From NCBI GenBank assembly GCA_038145705.1, contig JAYQQF010000004.1:75523-139522 (forward strand): a stretch of DNA of 64,000 nucleotides. Reading direction: 5' to 3'. The position numbers and the translations under genes are program-made. The notes beneath the pieces were generated by a model. That model worked only from the letters and a program-made list of their open reading frames with translations, ran no database searches and had not been told where the DNA came from. Positions 49,133 through 58,980 of this stretch are shown piece after piece. The number at the start of each line of letters is the position of its first letter. The stretch's first letter is position 1. Source of the stretch: Alphaproteobacteria bacterium. Lineage in GTDB: Bacteria > Pseudomonadota > Alphaproteobacteria > SMXQ01.

Positions 49133-50464
49133 TCAGGCGCCGAGCAGCTTCCTGACCAGGATCAGGAGCACCGCAGCCGGAGCCACGATCCGCACCAGCC
49201 ACAGCCAGGTGCGGCCGAGGGTGTCGTCGTTCAAATCCGCCTCCCTGAGCACCTCTGCGCGATTCAGGCACCATCCGACGAACAGGGCGATCAGAATACC
49301 GCCGAGGGGCAGCAGGATATTCGAGACCGCGGCATCGATGGTGTCGAGGATGCCGCCGCCGTCGAAGCGGATATGGGACAGCGCGCCGAAGCTCATTGCC
49401 GAGGGCACGCCGATGATGAAGATGATCACGCCGAACAGCGCCGTTGCCGGCCAGCGGCGCATGCCGAGGCGGTGCATCGCCATCGATACCGGCACCTCCA
49501 GCAGCGAAACCATGGACGTCAGGGCTGCCGCCGAAAGAAGGAAAAAGAACACGGTGCCCGCAATGACGCCGCCCGGCATGCGCAGGAATACCTGCGGCAG
49601 GGTAATGAAGGCGAGTTCCGGACCCGACGCCGGGTCGATACCGAAGGCGAAAACGCCGGGAAAGATCGCAAGGCCTGCGACAATGGCGAACAGCGTATCG
49701 CCGACGACGACGGCGAGCGCAGACACGGGAAGGGAAAATTCCCGCGGCATGTAGCTGCCGTAGGTGACGAATATCGCCATGCCGACGCCCAGCGAAAAGA
49801 ACGCCTGCCCCATCGCCGCGGCCCAGACCTGCGGCCGCGCGAAGGCGGCCCAGTCGGGGGCAAAAAGAAAGCGCACGCCGCCGAATGAATTGGGCAGGGT
49901 CATCGCATAGACCGCCAGCGCAACCAGCAGCAAGGCCAGCAGCGGCATGACCCAGCGGTTGAACAGCTCGATGCCGCGCGCGACGCCCCCGGCGACCACG
50001 AACATGGCAGCGCCGAGAATGACGGCCTGCCAGGCGACCGGCTCGCCGAGGTTGGCGATGAATTTCCGGAAATAGCCGCCGAACCCTTCCCCTGCCGCCG
50101 TCCACAGCGAACCCGTCGCGGCACCGGCGAAATACTTGAGAGCCCAACCCGCGATCACCGCGTAATAACTGAGAATGATTGCCGCCCCGCCGACGCACAT
50201 CCAGCCCACCCAGGGCCAGCCGCGCCCGCCGACGGCGAAGGCCGCCACCGCGTCGCCCTGTCCGCGCCGCCCCATGGCAAGTTCGGCGATCACCAGCGGC
50301 AGGCCGATGAGGGCGACGCAGAAAATGTAGATCAACAAAAATGCCGCACCGCCGTTTTCGCCGGCAACGTAGGAAAAGCGCCAGATGTTGCCAATACCGA
50401 CCGCAGAGCCGATTGTGGCAAGGATAAATCCCCGTCGCGAAATCCACTGTTCACGGTCGGCCAA
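49133..50464 (-). CDS. neurotransmitter:sodium symporter (NSS/SNF) family transporter
   Basis: N-terminal REQWISRRGFILATIGSAVGIGNIWRFSYV is the canonical NSS start. Apparent TTG start preceded by AGGGAGGG. Confidence 0.8.
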   Translation of the reverse strand: MADREQWISRRGFILATIGSAVGIGNIWRFSYVAGENGGAAFLLIYIFCVALIGLPLVIAELAMGRRGQGDAVAAFAVGGRGWPWVGWMCVGGAAIILSYYAVIAGWALKYFAGAATGSLWTAAGEGFGGYFRKFIANLGEPVAWQAVILGAAMFVVAGGVARGIELFNRWVMPLLALLLVALAVYAMTLPNSFGGVRFLFAPDWAAFARPQVWAAAMGQAFFSLGVGMAIFVTYGSYMPREFSLPVSALAVVVGDTLFAIVAGLAIFPGVFAFGIDPASGPELAFITLPQVFLRMPGGVIAGTVFFFLLSAAALTSMVSLLEVPVSMAMHRLGMRRWPATALFGVIIFIIGVPSAMSFGALSHIRFDGGGILDTIDAAVSNILLPLGGILIALFVGWCLNRAEVLREADLNDDTLGRTWLWLVRIVAPAAVLLILVRKLLGA

Positions 50465-50526
50465 TCCGCCCTCCCTGCTTGCTGATGTCCATTGTAGCGG
50501 GGCTGGCTTTGCGCGACCATGCCCCC

Positions 50527-51081
50527 ATGAGCAAGGCCTTTACAAAAGAATCGGACGGCGACGACGGTTCGGACGAGTTGCCCGATGCGCCCGCCCTTCC
50601 CAAGGGAACGCGCAATTACATGACGCCGGAGGGCTTCCGTCGCCTGCAGGACGAATTGACTCATTTGGTGAAGGTGGAGCGGCCGAAGGTCGTCGAGATC
50701 GTCTCCTGGGCGGCGGGGAACGGCGACCGTTCGGAAAACGGCGATTACATCTTCGGCAAGCGACGGCTCGGCGAAATCGACCGGCGCACGCGGTTCCTGC
50801 GCAAGCGGCTGGAAATCGCCGTCGTCGTCGATCCGGCGGAGCAGCGCAACCGCGAGCAGGTATTTTTCGGCGCGCGCGTGACCTATGCCGATGCAAAGGA
50901 CCAGGAACGCACCGTCCGCATCGTCGGCATAGATGAAGCGCGCATCGAGGAAGGCGAGGTCAGCTGGATCGCCCCCATTTCCCGCGCCCTGATGCGCGCG
51001 CGCGTCGGTGACGTGGTCGAACTTCGTTCGCCTGCCGGCATCGAGCAGATCGAAATCATCGAGATTTCCTACGACGCCTGA
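50527..51081 (+). CDS. greB: transcription elongation factor GreB (GreA/GreB family) with acidic N-terminal extension
   Basis: TPEGFRRLQDELTHL...WAAGNGDRSENGDYIFGKRRLGEIDRRTRFL is co-linear with E. coli GreB. Confidence 0.8.
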   Translation: MSKAFTKESDGDDGSDELPDAPALPKGTRNYMTPEGFRRLQDELTHLVKVERPKVVEIVSWAAGNGDRSENGDYIFGKRRLGEIDRRTRFLRKRLEIAVVVDPAEQRNREQVFFGARVTYADAKDQERTVRIVGIDEARIEEGEVSWIAPISRALMRARVGDVVELRSPAGIEQIEIIEISYDA

Positions 51082-51094
51082 CACGGAGAGCGAC

Positions 51095-51706
51095 ATGAGC
51101 GACGACATCGAACCCGGCGACGCTTACCCCGATTCCGGCGCGCGCCTGCCCTTTCCCCGGCGCGAAGACCTGCTCGACGATCCCGAGGCGCTGGCCGTCT
51201 ACGACCGCTTCGTCGACCCGAAGTCCGACACCTACGCGGGGCTGCGCGGCCCCGGCGGCATCCGCCTGCACAGCCCGCGGCTTGCAGTCAGCCAGTTGCC
51301 CAACAACCGCTACATCCGCCGCGAAGCGGGGATCAGCGGGCGCGAGCGCGAGCTTGCCATCCTCGCCACCGCGCGCGAACTCGACAGCCAGTTCGAATGG
51401 ATGGCCCATGAGGAACCCGCGCGCCGGGCTGGCATTTCCGAAGACATCATCGAAACCCTTCGCCTGCGCGGCCCCCTCGAGCGGTTGCCGGAAGCGGACG
51501 CTGTGCTCGTCCGCCTCGCCCGCGAGGCCTTTACCGACCGCAACGTGAGCAAGGAGGCTTACGCCGCCGCAGTGCGACTGTTCGGCCCGCGCAAGCTCAT
51601 CGATATCGTGCAGCTGATGGGCAATTACGCTGGCACCGCGCTGGTGCTTTCCGTTTTCGCGGTACCGCTGCATCCGGGCAAGAGCCCGCGCCTGCCGCCC
51701 CGCTGA
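51095..51706 (+). CDS. carboxymuconolactone decarboxylase (CMD/AhpD-like) family protein
   Basis: About 203 aa AhpD-like helical protein with REAGISGRERELAILATAREL. ACGGAGAG ribosome-binding site. Confidence 0.7.
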   Translation: MSDDIEPGDAYPDSGARLPFPRREDLLDDPEALAVYDRFVDPKSDTYAGLRGPGGIRLHSPRLAVSQLPNNRYIRREAGISGRERELAILATARELDSQFEWMAHEEPARRAGISEDIIETLRLRGPLERLPEADAVLVRLAREAFTDRNVSKEAYAAAVRLFGPRKLIDIVQLMGNYAGTALVLSVFAVPLHPGKSPRLPPR

Positions 51707-51785
51707 CAGGGCGCCTGTATTGCCTTGAAGGTGGGCACGGCCTAAAAAGGTGCCCCGGCACACGAAGAACGGAGAGGAACAGGGC

Positions 51786-52571
51786 ATGGCGAGTTGGGTG
51801 CGTTTCGAGAAAAACGGCGAAACCGGCTTCGGCTGCCTCAACGCGGCGGGTGATGCGATCGAGGTTCACGACGGCGACATGTTCGCTGGCGCCCGCCCGG
51901 CCGGTGCCACCGTGGCGCTTGCCGATGTCCGCCTGCTGCCCCCTGCGCGACCCGGCAAGATCGTCGCCCTGTGGAACAATTCGCGCTCGAGCGCGGAAAA
52001 ACAGAAGATCGATCCGCCGCAGCGCCCGCTGTTCTTCATCAAGACGCCGAACGGCTATCTCGCGCCCGGCGGCGCGATCCGCCAGCCGGCCGCTTATGAC
52101 GGCCGCGTGATCTTCGAGGCCGAGCTTGGCATCGTCATCGGCAAGACCTGCACCGCGGTGAGCGAGAACGATGCCGCCGACTACGTGTTCGGCTACACCT
52201 GCGTCAACGACGTGACGGCACTGCAGATCATCCGCGAGGACCCCACCTTCGCCCAGTGGACGCGGGCCAAGAACTTCGACACCTTCGCGCCCTTCGGACC
52301 GGCAATCGTCACGGGTATCATGCCCGCCGACCTGCCCGGGATCTCCATCCGGGCCGAGCTGAACGGGCGGGAGCGGCAGAATTATCCGGTAAGCGACCTG
52401 TTCTATTCGCCACTGGCGCTGGTCAGTCTGGTGTCCCGCGACATGACGCTGGAAGCCGGCGACATCATTTCCTGCGGCACCGGACCGGGCGCGGTGCCGA
52501 TGAAGCCCGGCGACCGGATCGAAATCGTCATCGACCGGGTCGGACGGCTTGGCAACGATTACACGGAATGA
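51786..52571 (+). CDS. fumarylacetoacetate hydrolase (FAH)-family hydratase/decarboxylase
   Basis: GKIVALWNNSRS, FEAELGIVIGK, DYVFGYTCVNDVTA, the FAH-fold metal site. GGAGAGGAA ribosome-binding site. Confidence 0.8.
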   Translation: MASWVRFEKNGETGFGCLNAAGDAIEVHDGDMFAGARPAGATVALADVRLLPPARPGKIVALWNNSRSSAEKQKIDPPQRPLFFIKTPNGYLAPGGAIRQPAAYDGRVIFEAELGIVIGKTCTAVSENDAADYVFGYTCVNDVTALQIIREDPTFAQWTRAKNFDTFAPFGPAIVTGIMPADLPGISIRAELNGRERQNYPVSDLFYSPLALVSLVSRDMTLEAGDIISCGTGPGAVPMKPGDRIEIVIDRVGRLGNDYTE

Positions 52572-53084
52572 TCAGTCGAACAGCTTGTCGATTTCCGACT
52601 GGACGAGGCCCGCGCCGTTGAGCTGCGGTCCGTTGAGCAGGGCTTCGTCCTTCGACTTTTCAGGGGCCGCGACTTCGATCTCCATGATCTCGTCCTTGCC
52701 CATCAGCTTCATCAGGTTGTCGACGCGCTGTTCCACGTAGGTCAGCGATTTCGCGACCTTGTTGACGCGCTGGCCAGTAATGTCCTGGAAGGAACAGGCC
52801 TCGAAGACCTGGTTGGAATTCCCAGTGATGCGGTCGAGAAGGGCAATCTGCGCCGGATCCTCGAGCAAGCCGCGAAGCTCGCTGACGGCCCCTTCACTGT
52901 CTTCGGTCGCCGTCATGATGGTGTTGGTGGCATGTTCGGTCGCCTGAACAATGGCGTCCATCTGTTCGCCCATGGTGATGAAGCCATGGCTCGCGTCGGC
53001 CGGGCGATCGATCGCCGCGATCTCCTCCCGCACGCGCTGGATATAGAAGGCCAGCGCATCCAGCTCTTGTTTCAGATTGTTCAT
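52572..53084 (-). CDS. cheZ: CheZ-family chemotaxis phosphatase (short form)
   Basis: FQDITGQRV matches E. coli CheZ QDFQDLTGQ (catalytic D/Q). LLNGPQL matches CheZ SLLNGPQV. C-terminal SEIDKLFD resembles the CheY-binding peptide. Confidence 0.65.
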   Translation of the reverse strand: MNNLKQELDALAFYIQRVREEIAAIDRPADASHGFITMGEQMDAIVQATEHATNTIMTATEDSEGAVSELRGLLEDPAQIALLDRITGNSNQVFEACSFQDITGQRVNKVAKSLTYVEQRVDNLMKLMGKDEIMEIEVAAPEKSKDEALLNGPQLNGAGLVQSEIDKLFD

Positions 53085-53228
53085 GGCGATCCACTCCGAC
53101 CCCTGGAAAGAAACACGCCTCCGGCCGCCCGACAAAACGGGGACCGAAGCGCGTTCTCAGGGTAAAGAGATAAGCCTAACAAGGGGTAAACCACCGGAAA
53201 GCAAGCTTTCCGCAGGATAAGCCCCCCG

Positions 53229-54743
53229 CTAGCGGATCATGTTGAGGCCATAAAAGACCACGGCCGCGAGCGCCGCCGTCGCCGGCACGGTAATCAGCCA
53301 GGCAGCGATGATGGTCATGAAATGGGAACGGCGCACCAGCTTGCGGTACGCGATTTCCTCGGGCGGCATCAGTTTCTTGGGCTTGCTGTCCGCCTTGCCG
53401 CCGCGGTTGTTGATCATGGCCCGGCGGCGCTTGCTGTGACGGGTGTAATACTCGCGGAAAAAGCCGACGCCGAAGACGGCACCGACGGCGATATGGGTGG
53501 AACTGACCGGCAACCCCATCCATGACGCCACGATCACGGTAATCGCCGCCGACAGCGCGACGCAGTAGGCGCGCATCGGGTTCATCTTCGTGATCTGATC
53601 CCCGACCATACGGACAAGCTTCGGACCGTAGAGAAATAGGCCGATGCTGATGCCGAAGGCACCGATCAGCATGATCCAGGTCGGTATGACGACCTTGCCG
53701 GCGATCGCTCCCGACTGAATGCTGTAGATGATCGCGGCAAGCGGGCCGATTGCATTGGCAACGTCGTTGGCGCCGTGCGCGAAAGACAACAGCGCCGCCG
53801 AGCAGATCAGCGGCAGGCGGAACAACTTTCGCAGCGACTGGTTGCGGTTTTCCATGCCACGGGACTGGCGATGGATCATCGGGTGAATGACCGCCCAGGA
53901 TCCGAAGAACATGGCGATGCCGATGCCCGTCAACACCAGGGGGCCCGGCTTCCAGACTCGGCCCAGGCCTTTCATCACGAGGTAGACCGTGAAGGCTGCC
54001 GCCATGACCGCAATCAGCAGCGGAATCCAGCGCCGCGCCGCGGCGATCTTGTCGTGCTGGTAAATCAGGTTGACCTTGATGAAGGCCAGGAACAGGGCCG
54101 CGATGATGCCGCCAAGCAACGGCGAAATCACCCAGCTGGCGGCGATGCCGCTCATGGTCATCCAGTTGACGACACCGAAACCGCCCGCGGCAATGCCCGC
54201 GCCCATGACGCCGCCAACCACCGCGTGGGTGGTGGACACCGGCGCGCCCAGCCAGGTCGCCAGGTTGATCCACACGGCCGCGGAAATCAGCGCCGCCATC
54301 ATCGCCCAGACGAAGACGGTGCTGGACGCGACCTTGGCGGGATCGATGATGCCCTTGGAAATCGTCGCGACGACGTCCCCGCCTGCGATCAAGGCGCCGG
54401 CGCTCTCGAAGATCGCCGCGATGATCAGCGCCCCGAACATGGTGAGAGCGCGCGCGCCAACCGCCGGGGAAACGTTGTTGGCGACGTCGTTGGCACCGAT
54501 ATTCAGCGCCATGTAACCGCCGAGAACGGCGGCCACGATGATCATCACCGTGTGGGTCGCCATGCCCGAAAAGATGGCGGCCAGCAGCCCCGATACGCCG
54601 AGAAACACGAGCGCGAGCCCGTGGGTCACGACCTGGCTCGATATTGTGCGGGCGGCGGCCTCGACCCGCACCAGCTTGGCGAGGTCCTTGTCCAGCGACT
54701 GTTTCGTCAGGCCGTCAACGGGGGGCTGCTTGCTTTCGCTCAT
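53229..54743 (-). CDS. pit: inorganic phosphate transporter, PiT family
   Basis: Duplicated GANDVANNV and GANDVANAI motifs, the PiT signature. AAAGGAA ribosome-binding site. Confidence 0.85.
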   Translation of the reverse strand: MSESKQPPVDGLTKQSLDKDLAKLVRVEAAARTISSQVVTHGLALVFLGVSGLLAAIFSGMATHTVMIIVAAVLGGYMALNIGANDVANNVSPAVGARALTMFGALIIAAIFESAGALIAGGDVVATISKGIIDPAKVASSTVFVWAMMAALISAAVWINLATWLGAPVSTTHAVVGGVMGAGIAAGGFGVVNWMTMSGIAASWVISPLLGGIIAALFLAFIKVNLIYQHDKIAAARRWIPLLIAVMAAAFTVYLVMKGLGRVWKPGPLVLTGIGIAMFFGSWAVIHPMIHRQSRGMENRNQSLRKLFRLPLICSAALLSFAHGANDVANAIGPLAAIIYSIQSGAIAGKVVIPTWIMLIGAFGISIGLFLYGPKLVRMVGDQITKMNPMRAYCVALSAAITVIVASWMGLPVSSTHIAVGAVFGVGFFREYYTRHSKRRRAMINNRGGKADSKPKKLMPPEEIAYRKLVRRSHFMTIIAAWLITVPATAALAAVVFYGLNMIR

Positions 54744-54966
54744 TGCGGGGTTCCTTTACCACACCGGCGATATCCGGCCCTTCGACACCCACGCGAAGAG
54801 GCATCCGACGAAAACCGGACGTCATATGTCACGGGGGAGTTAGGGACAGGCAGGACCAGCTCTTTTTTGATCGGGATTGCGTTCAAAACCGCCGCCTTTA
54901 TGACATATTTGCGCCGACGCTGCCGCCAAAAAATCTTCTCGTGAGAACCCCTGAAACCCGCGTGTT

Positions 54967-57273
54967 TTAGCCATTTTTTCCGGATAGGGTGCGTAACGCC
55001 GTCCAGATGCGCACGGGCGTGGCCGGCATCAAGAGATCGCGTACGCCGCAAGGTGTCAGCGCATCGAGCACGGCGTTCATGACCGCAGCCGGTGCGCCGG
55101 TGGCCCCCCCTTCGCCCGCGCCCTTGACGCCAAGCACGTTGGTCGGGCTCGGAAAGTCATTGGATATCGGATGAATCTCGGGAACCGCCGCCGCCCGCGG
55201 CAAGCCGTAATCGAGAAACGATGCCGTCATCACCTGCCCGGTGCCGTCGAGGGCGACCTGCTCGCTCAAGGCTTCACCTATTCCCTGCGCAATGCCGCCC
55301 TGGGACTGGCCATGCACGATAGGCGGATTGATCGCCCTGCCGACATCATCCACCGCCGTGAATTTGACGATCCGAACCGCGCCCGTCTCCGGATCGATTT
55401 CGACCTCGCAGACATGGCAGCCGTTCGGATAGGTCACGGCATCGTCTTCGGAACGGCAATCGGCGAACAGCCCTTCGGGATCGTCGACGGCACCGGCGAT
55501 CTCGGCCAAGGACACGCTGCGTCCGCCGCCGGCATCGAAAAGGCCATCGCGAAAGGAAACGTCGCTTTCGCCCGCCTGCAGCAGGCGCGCGGCGACAGGC
55601 CGTGCCTTCGCCACCAGCCGTTCCGTCGCAACGACAAGGGCCGCGCCCGCGCGCACCATGGAGCGCGAGGCATTGGTCCCGACACCATCGGCGATCAGGT
55701 CGGTGTCTGATTCGAGCACGTCGATAACGGCGGGATCGAGGCCGAGGCGATCGGCCGCAATCTGGGCGAGGCTGGCGCGCTGGCCCTGCCCCTGATCGAC
55801 GCAGCCCGCACCGATGGAAAGCCTGCCGTCGCGGGAAAGCCGCACGGCCGCATATTCGCCGCCACCGCCGCCCGCACCTTCGATGTAATTGCTGATGCCG
55901 ATGCCGCGCAGGAGCCCACGCCCCTTCGCGGCCGCAAGGCGCGCCGAAAATCCGTTCCAGTCCGCCGCCGCCAGCGCCTTTTCCATCCCCGTCGCGTAAT
56001 CGCCGCTGTCATAGATTGCGCCCATTGGCGTTGTGAACGGCAAATCGTCCCGCCCGATCAGGTTGCGACGGCGCAGGGCGATGCGATCCATCCCGGTTTC
56101 GCGCGCTGCCTTGTCGATCAGCCGCTCCATGAGGAAGTTGGCTTCCATCCGGCCGACGCCGCGGTAGGAACTGACCGGAACGGTATTGGTGAAAACGCCG
56201 CGCAGTTCGAGGCAGACCGCCGGCGTTCGGTAAACGCCGGGCAGCATGCGCGCGAGATTACGCATGACCGAATAAGGCCCGTTGCCCGTATGCCGTGCGC
56301 CCATGTTGGCCGCGCCGCAGACACGCAGGGCAAGAAAATTCCCGTCGCGGTCCAGCCCCAGTTCGCCGCGCAACACGCTGTCGCGGCCCTGGGTCGTGGC
56401 GAGAAACTCTTCCTGCCGGGTACCGGTCCATTTGACCGCCCGGCCCAGGGTGCGCGCCGCCCACAGCACGGCCGCGTATTCCGGATAAATGACGCTGCGC
56501 GCGCCGAAAGCGCCGCCGACGTCGGGCGATATGACGCGAACCCTGTCGCGTTCCACCCGCAGAACGCGGGCGAGCTTGTCGCGCAGGCCGTGGATCGCCT
56601 GACAGCCGGCGACCAGCGTGAAACGGCCCGATGTCGCGTCGTAATCGGCGAGCGCGGCGCGCGGCTCCATGAAAGCCGGCACGACGCGGCCGATCTCGAC
56701 GTCAAGCTCGATGATCCGCGCGCTCGCCGCCAGTCCCCGGGCCACCGCGCCCGCGTCTCCATCGGCCCAGTCGTAACAAATATTGTGCGGGGCTTCCGGC
56801 CATAGTTGCGGGGCGCCGGGCAACGCTGCTGCGGCGACGGCCGTGACCGCGGGCAGTCCCTTGTATTCAACCTCGACCGCTTCCACTGCGCGAACCGCTG
56901 CTTCCGCGCTTGCCGCCACCACAATCGCCACCGGCTCGCCGACGTGGCGGACGCGGTCTTTGGCCAGCACGAAATAGGGCGGATCGGCCATCGCGCTGCC
57001 GTCGCGGTTGGGATAGCCGGCACCGCGGCCGGCGATGCCGGTGCCGATCCGCTCGCATCCGGTGGCGGCGAGATCATCGACGGTGTAGACGCCGAGGACG
57101 TCCTCCATCGCCTGCGCGGCGGCGAAGTCCATGGCGAGGATATCAGCATGGGCATGGGGCGAACGCACGAAGGCGGCATAGGCCTGCCCGGCAACATTGA
57201 AGTCGTCGCTGAACCGCCCGCGCCCCGCGAGCAGCCTGAGGTCTTCCCTGCGCCTGAGCGATTCGCCGATCAC
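54967..57273 (-). CDS. molybdopterin-binding oxidoreductase large subunit, CoxL/XdhB family (form II CoxL-like)
   Basis: About 768 aa with GESLRRREDLRLLAGRGRFSDD at the N-terminus, the SSYRGVGR active-site loop and GGGFG-like motifs. Probable GTG start after GGGGGGAA. Confidence 0.8.
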   Translation of the reverse strand: MIGESLRRREDLRLLAGRGRFSDDFNVAGQAYAAFVRSPHAHADILAMDFAAAQAMEDVLGVYTVDDLAATGCERIGTGIAGRGAGYPNRDGSAMADPPYFVLAKDRVRHVGEPVAIVVAASAEAAVRAVEAVEVEYKGLPAVTAVAAAALPGAPQLWPEAPHNICYDWADGDAGAVARGLAASARIIELDVEIGRVVPAFMEPRAALADYDATSGRFTLVAGCQAIHGLRDKLARVLRVERDRVRVISPDVGGAFGARSVIYPEYAAVLWAARTLGRAVKWTGTRQEEFLATTQGRDSVLRGELGLDRDGNFLALRVCGAANMGARHTGNGPYSVMRNLARMLPGVYRTPAVCLELRGVFTNTVPVSSYRGVGRMEANFLMERLIDKAARETGMDRIALRRRNLIGRDDLPFTTPMGAIYDSGDYATGMEKALAAADWNGFSARLAAAKGRGLLRGIGISNYIEGAGGGGGEYAAVRLSRDGRLSIGAGCVDQGQGQRASLAQIAADRLGLDPAVIDVLESDTDLIADGVGTNASRSMVRAGAALVVATERLVAKARPVAARLLQAGESDVSFRDGLFDAGGGRSVSLAEIAGAVDDPEGLFADCRSEDDAVTYPNGCHVCEVEIDPETGAVRIVKFTAVDDVGRAINPPIVHGQSQGGIAQGIGEALSEQVALDGTGQVMTASFLDYGLPRAAAVPEIHPISNDFPSPTNVLGVKGAGEGGATGAPAAVMNAVLDALTPCGVRDLLMPATPVRIWTALRTLSGKNG

Positions 57274-57326
57274 TTTATTCCCCCCGGCACGATGATAATC
57301 GCCTGCGCGGGGACACTCCAAGTCCT

Positions 57327-57797
57327 TCAGCGGGCCTCGCGCGCGCGGCGTGTGGCGGCGTCCTGGCGCGCGCGGATGTCGCGCGGCCAACGGCTCTTGA
57401 TATAGGCAAGCACGGCCCAGATTTCCGCATCGGACAGCTTTCCGCCGTAAGCGGGCATGTCGCTCTGGTAACCGGGCGGCGCGAAAGCGGCGATGCCTTG
57501 CTTGGTCAAGGCGAAGAGCTGGTCGTCGCCATGGTGCCAGGTATGCCCGTCTGCGTCATGGGGCGGAGCGGGCAGCTTGCCGTCCGCCCGCCGGTTGCGC
57601 CAGTCGGGCTGACCTTCGAGGTTTACGCCATGGCAGCTTGCGCATTCGCGGGCATAGATCTGCCGGCCGAGCGCCACCTGAGCGGGGTCATCCGGATCGG
57701 CCCCCGACGGCGTGCGCGCAACAACAAAAACGTAAGCGGCATATGCCGAAACGGCGACCGCCGCCCCGGCAATGATGGCCTTCAATCCCAACTGCAC
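57327..57797 (-). CDS. membrane-anchored mono-haem cytochrome c
   Basis: N-terminal TM helix, haem site CASCH and distal Met region. 53 nt upstream of the CoxL-like gene. Confidence 0.7.
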   Translation of the reverse strand: MQLGLKAIIAGAAVAVSAYAAYVFVVARTPSGADPDDPAQVALGRQIYARECASCHGVNLEGQPDWRNRRADGKLPAPPHDADGHTWHHGDDQLFALTKQGIAAFAPPGYQSDMPAYGGKLSDAEIWAVLAYIKSRWPRDIRARQDAATRRAREAR

Positions 57798-57859
57798 TGT
57801 TCCGGATCCTCCCGCGTGTCGGCGCGATTATGCTGATTTTATCCCCTATGGGGAGCGCG

Positions 57860-57891
57860 AAAAAACCGGCGGCCCCGCAGGAGCCGCCGGC
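57860..57891 (-). terminator. rho-independent terminator downstream of Bug-like gene
   Basis: On the minus strand, ccggcggc-(9 nt loop)-gccgccgg followed by tttttt. Confidence 0.6.
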
Positions 57892-57912
57892 CATGAACGA
57901 AAAACGGATGTG

Positions 57913-58980
57913 TTACTTGCTCTTCTTCTTTTTCTTGGAGACCGCGGGCGGCCAGAGCTTCGCCGCGACCTTCACGATGTCCTTGGGCGACGCATAGGCC
58001 TTCTTCAGCGCCACCGCGATTTCGGCGCCGGTCATCGGATCGGGCGTGATGTGCATCTTGCCCGCGTCGGCGAGGAACTTCGGATCCTTCATGGTGTCGT
58101 CGAAGGCCTTGCGCAGCGCCTTGACCAGATACTGCGGCACACCTGGCGGGAACAGGTAGGGGCGGCCCACGTTGTTCTTCACCGAAAGAACCTCGAGCGC
58201 CTTCTTGTGATCTGGATTGGTCACGTATTCGGACAGCAGCGGCACGTCGGGAAGCTGCTTGATCCGTTTCGGCGCATCCTGCACGAGGAAACGGATCTTC
58301 TTTTCCCTGAGCCAGCCGGGATCGGCCGCTTCATAGGTGTCGTAGGAGAAGCCGCAGATGCCCTCGACCTCACCGCGCTCGACGGCTAGGCGCATGCCGC
58401 GGGTGTTATAGCCGGAGATCACCTTGAACTTGGTGCCGAGCAGCGTGTTCAGCATCAGCGGCGTCTTCGCCGAATTGCCGGAAAGGCCCGTTGTAGATAC
58501 GCGCACCTCCTGCTTCTTGACGTCCTCGATGGTCTTGACCGGGCTCGTGTGCCAGATCATGCAAGTGTTGTACTGGGTGGTGATCGAACCGATCCATTCG
58601 AACTTGGTCGAGTCGAACTGCGCCCGGTTGTTGCCGAGCAGCGGCTCGAGCAGGTTGGTGTTGTACGTCATACCCATCACCGAACCGTCGCGGGGCGCCA
58701 CGTTGTAGAGCCAGTTGGTGCCGCGAATGCCGCTGGCACCCGGCATGTTCTGGTTGATCATGCTGGGCTTGCCGGGAACATGATTGCCGATGTGGCGCGA
58801 CAACAGACGCGAATAGGTGTCATAGCCGCCGCCCGCGCCGGAAACGATGGTCATCGTCAGGTTCTTGCCCTTGTAGAAGGCCGCGGCCGATTGGGCCTGG
58901 GCCGGCGACGCCGCGCCCAAGGCCAGGCCGACGGCCAGCGCCGTTGTCCCCAGAAATACGGTTTTCGAGTGTGTTTTCAT
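57913..58980 (-). CDS. TctC/Bug-like periplasmic solute-binding protein paralogue with C-terminal KKKKKSK
   Basis: Signal peptide, AFYKGKNLTMTIVSGAGGGYDTYSRLLSRHIG. Start set at internal Met MKTHSK by residue counting from the ORF-track end. Confidence 0.55.
   Translation of the reverse strand: MKTHSKTVFLGTTALAVGLALGAASPAQAQSAAAFYKGKNLTMTIVSGAGGGYDTYSRLLSRHIGNHVPGKPSMINQNMPGASGIRGTNWLYNVAPRDGSVMGMTYNTNLLEPLLGNNRAQFDSTKFEWIGSITTQYNTCMIWHTSPVKTIEDVKKQEVRVSTTGLSGNSAKTPLMLNTLLGTKFKVISGYNTRGMRLAVERGEVEGICGFSYDTYEAADPGWLREKKIRFLVQDAPKRIKQLPDVPLLSEYVTNPDHKKALEVLSVKNNVGRPYLFPPGVPQYLVKALRKAFDDTMKDPKFLADAGKMHITPDPMTGAEIAVALKKAYASPKDIVKVAAKLWPPAVSKKKKKSK

Noticed and set aside
47838-50447. Long ORFs 47838..49754 (+) and 49014..50447 (-) overlapping MFS and NSS transporter genes
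   Set aside because: Frame-shifted or antisense read-throughs of convincingly membrane-like real genes.
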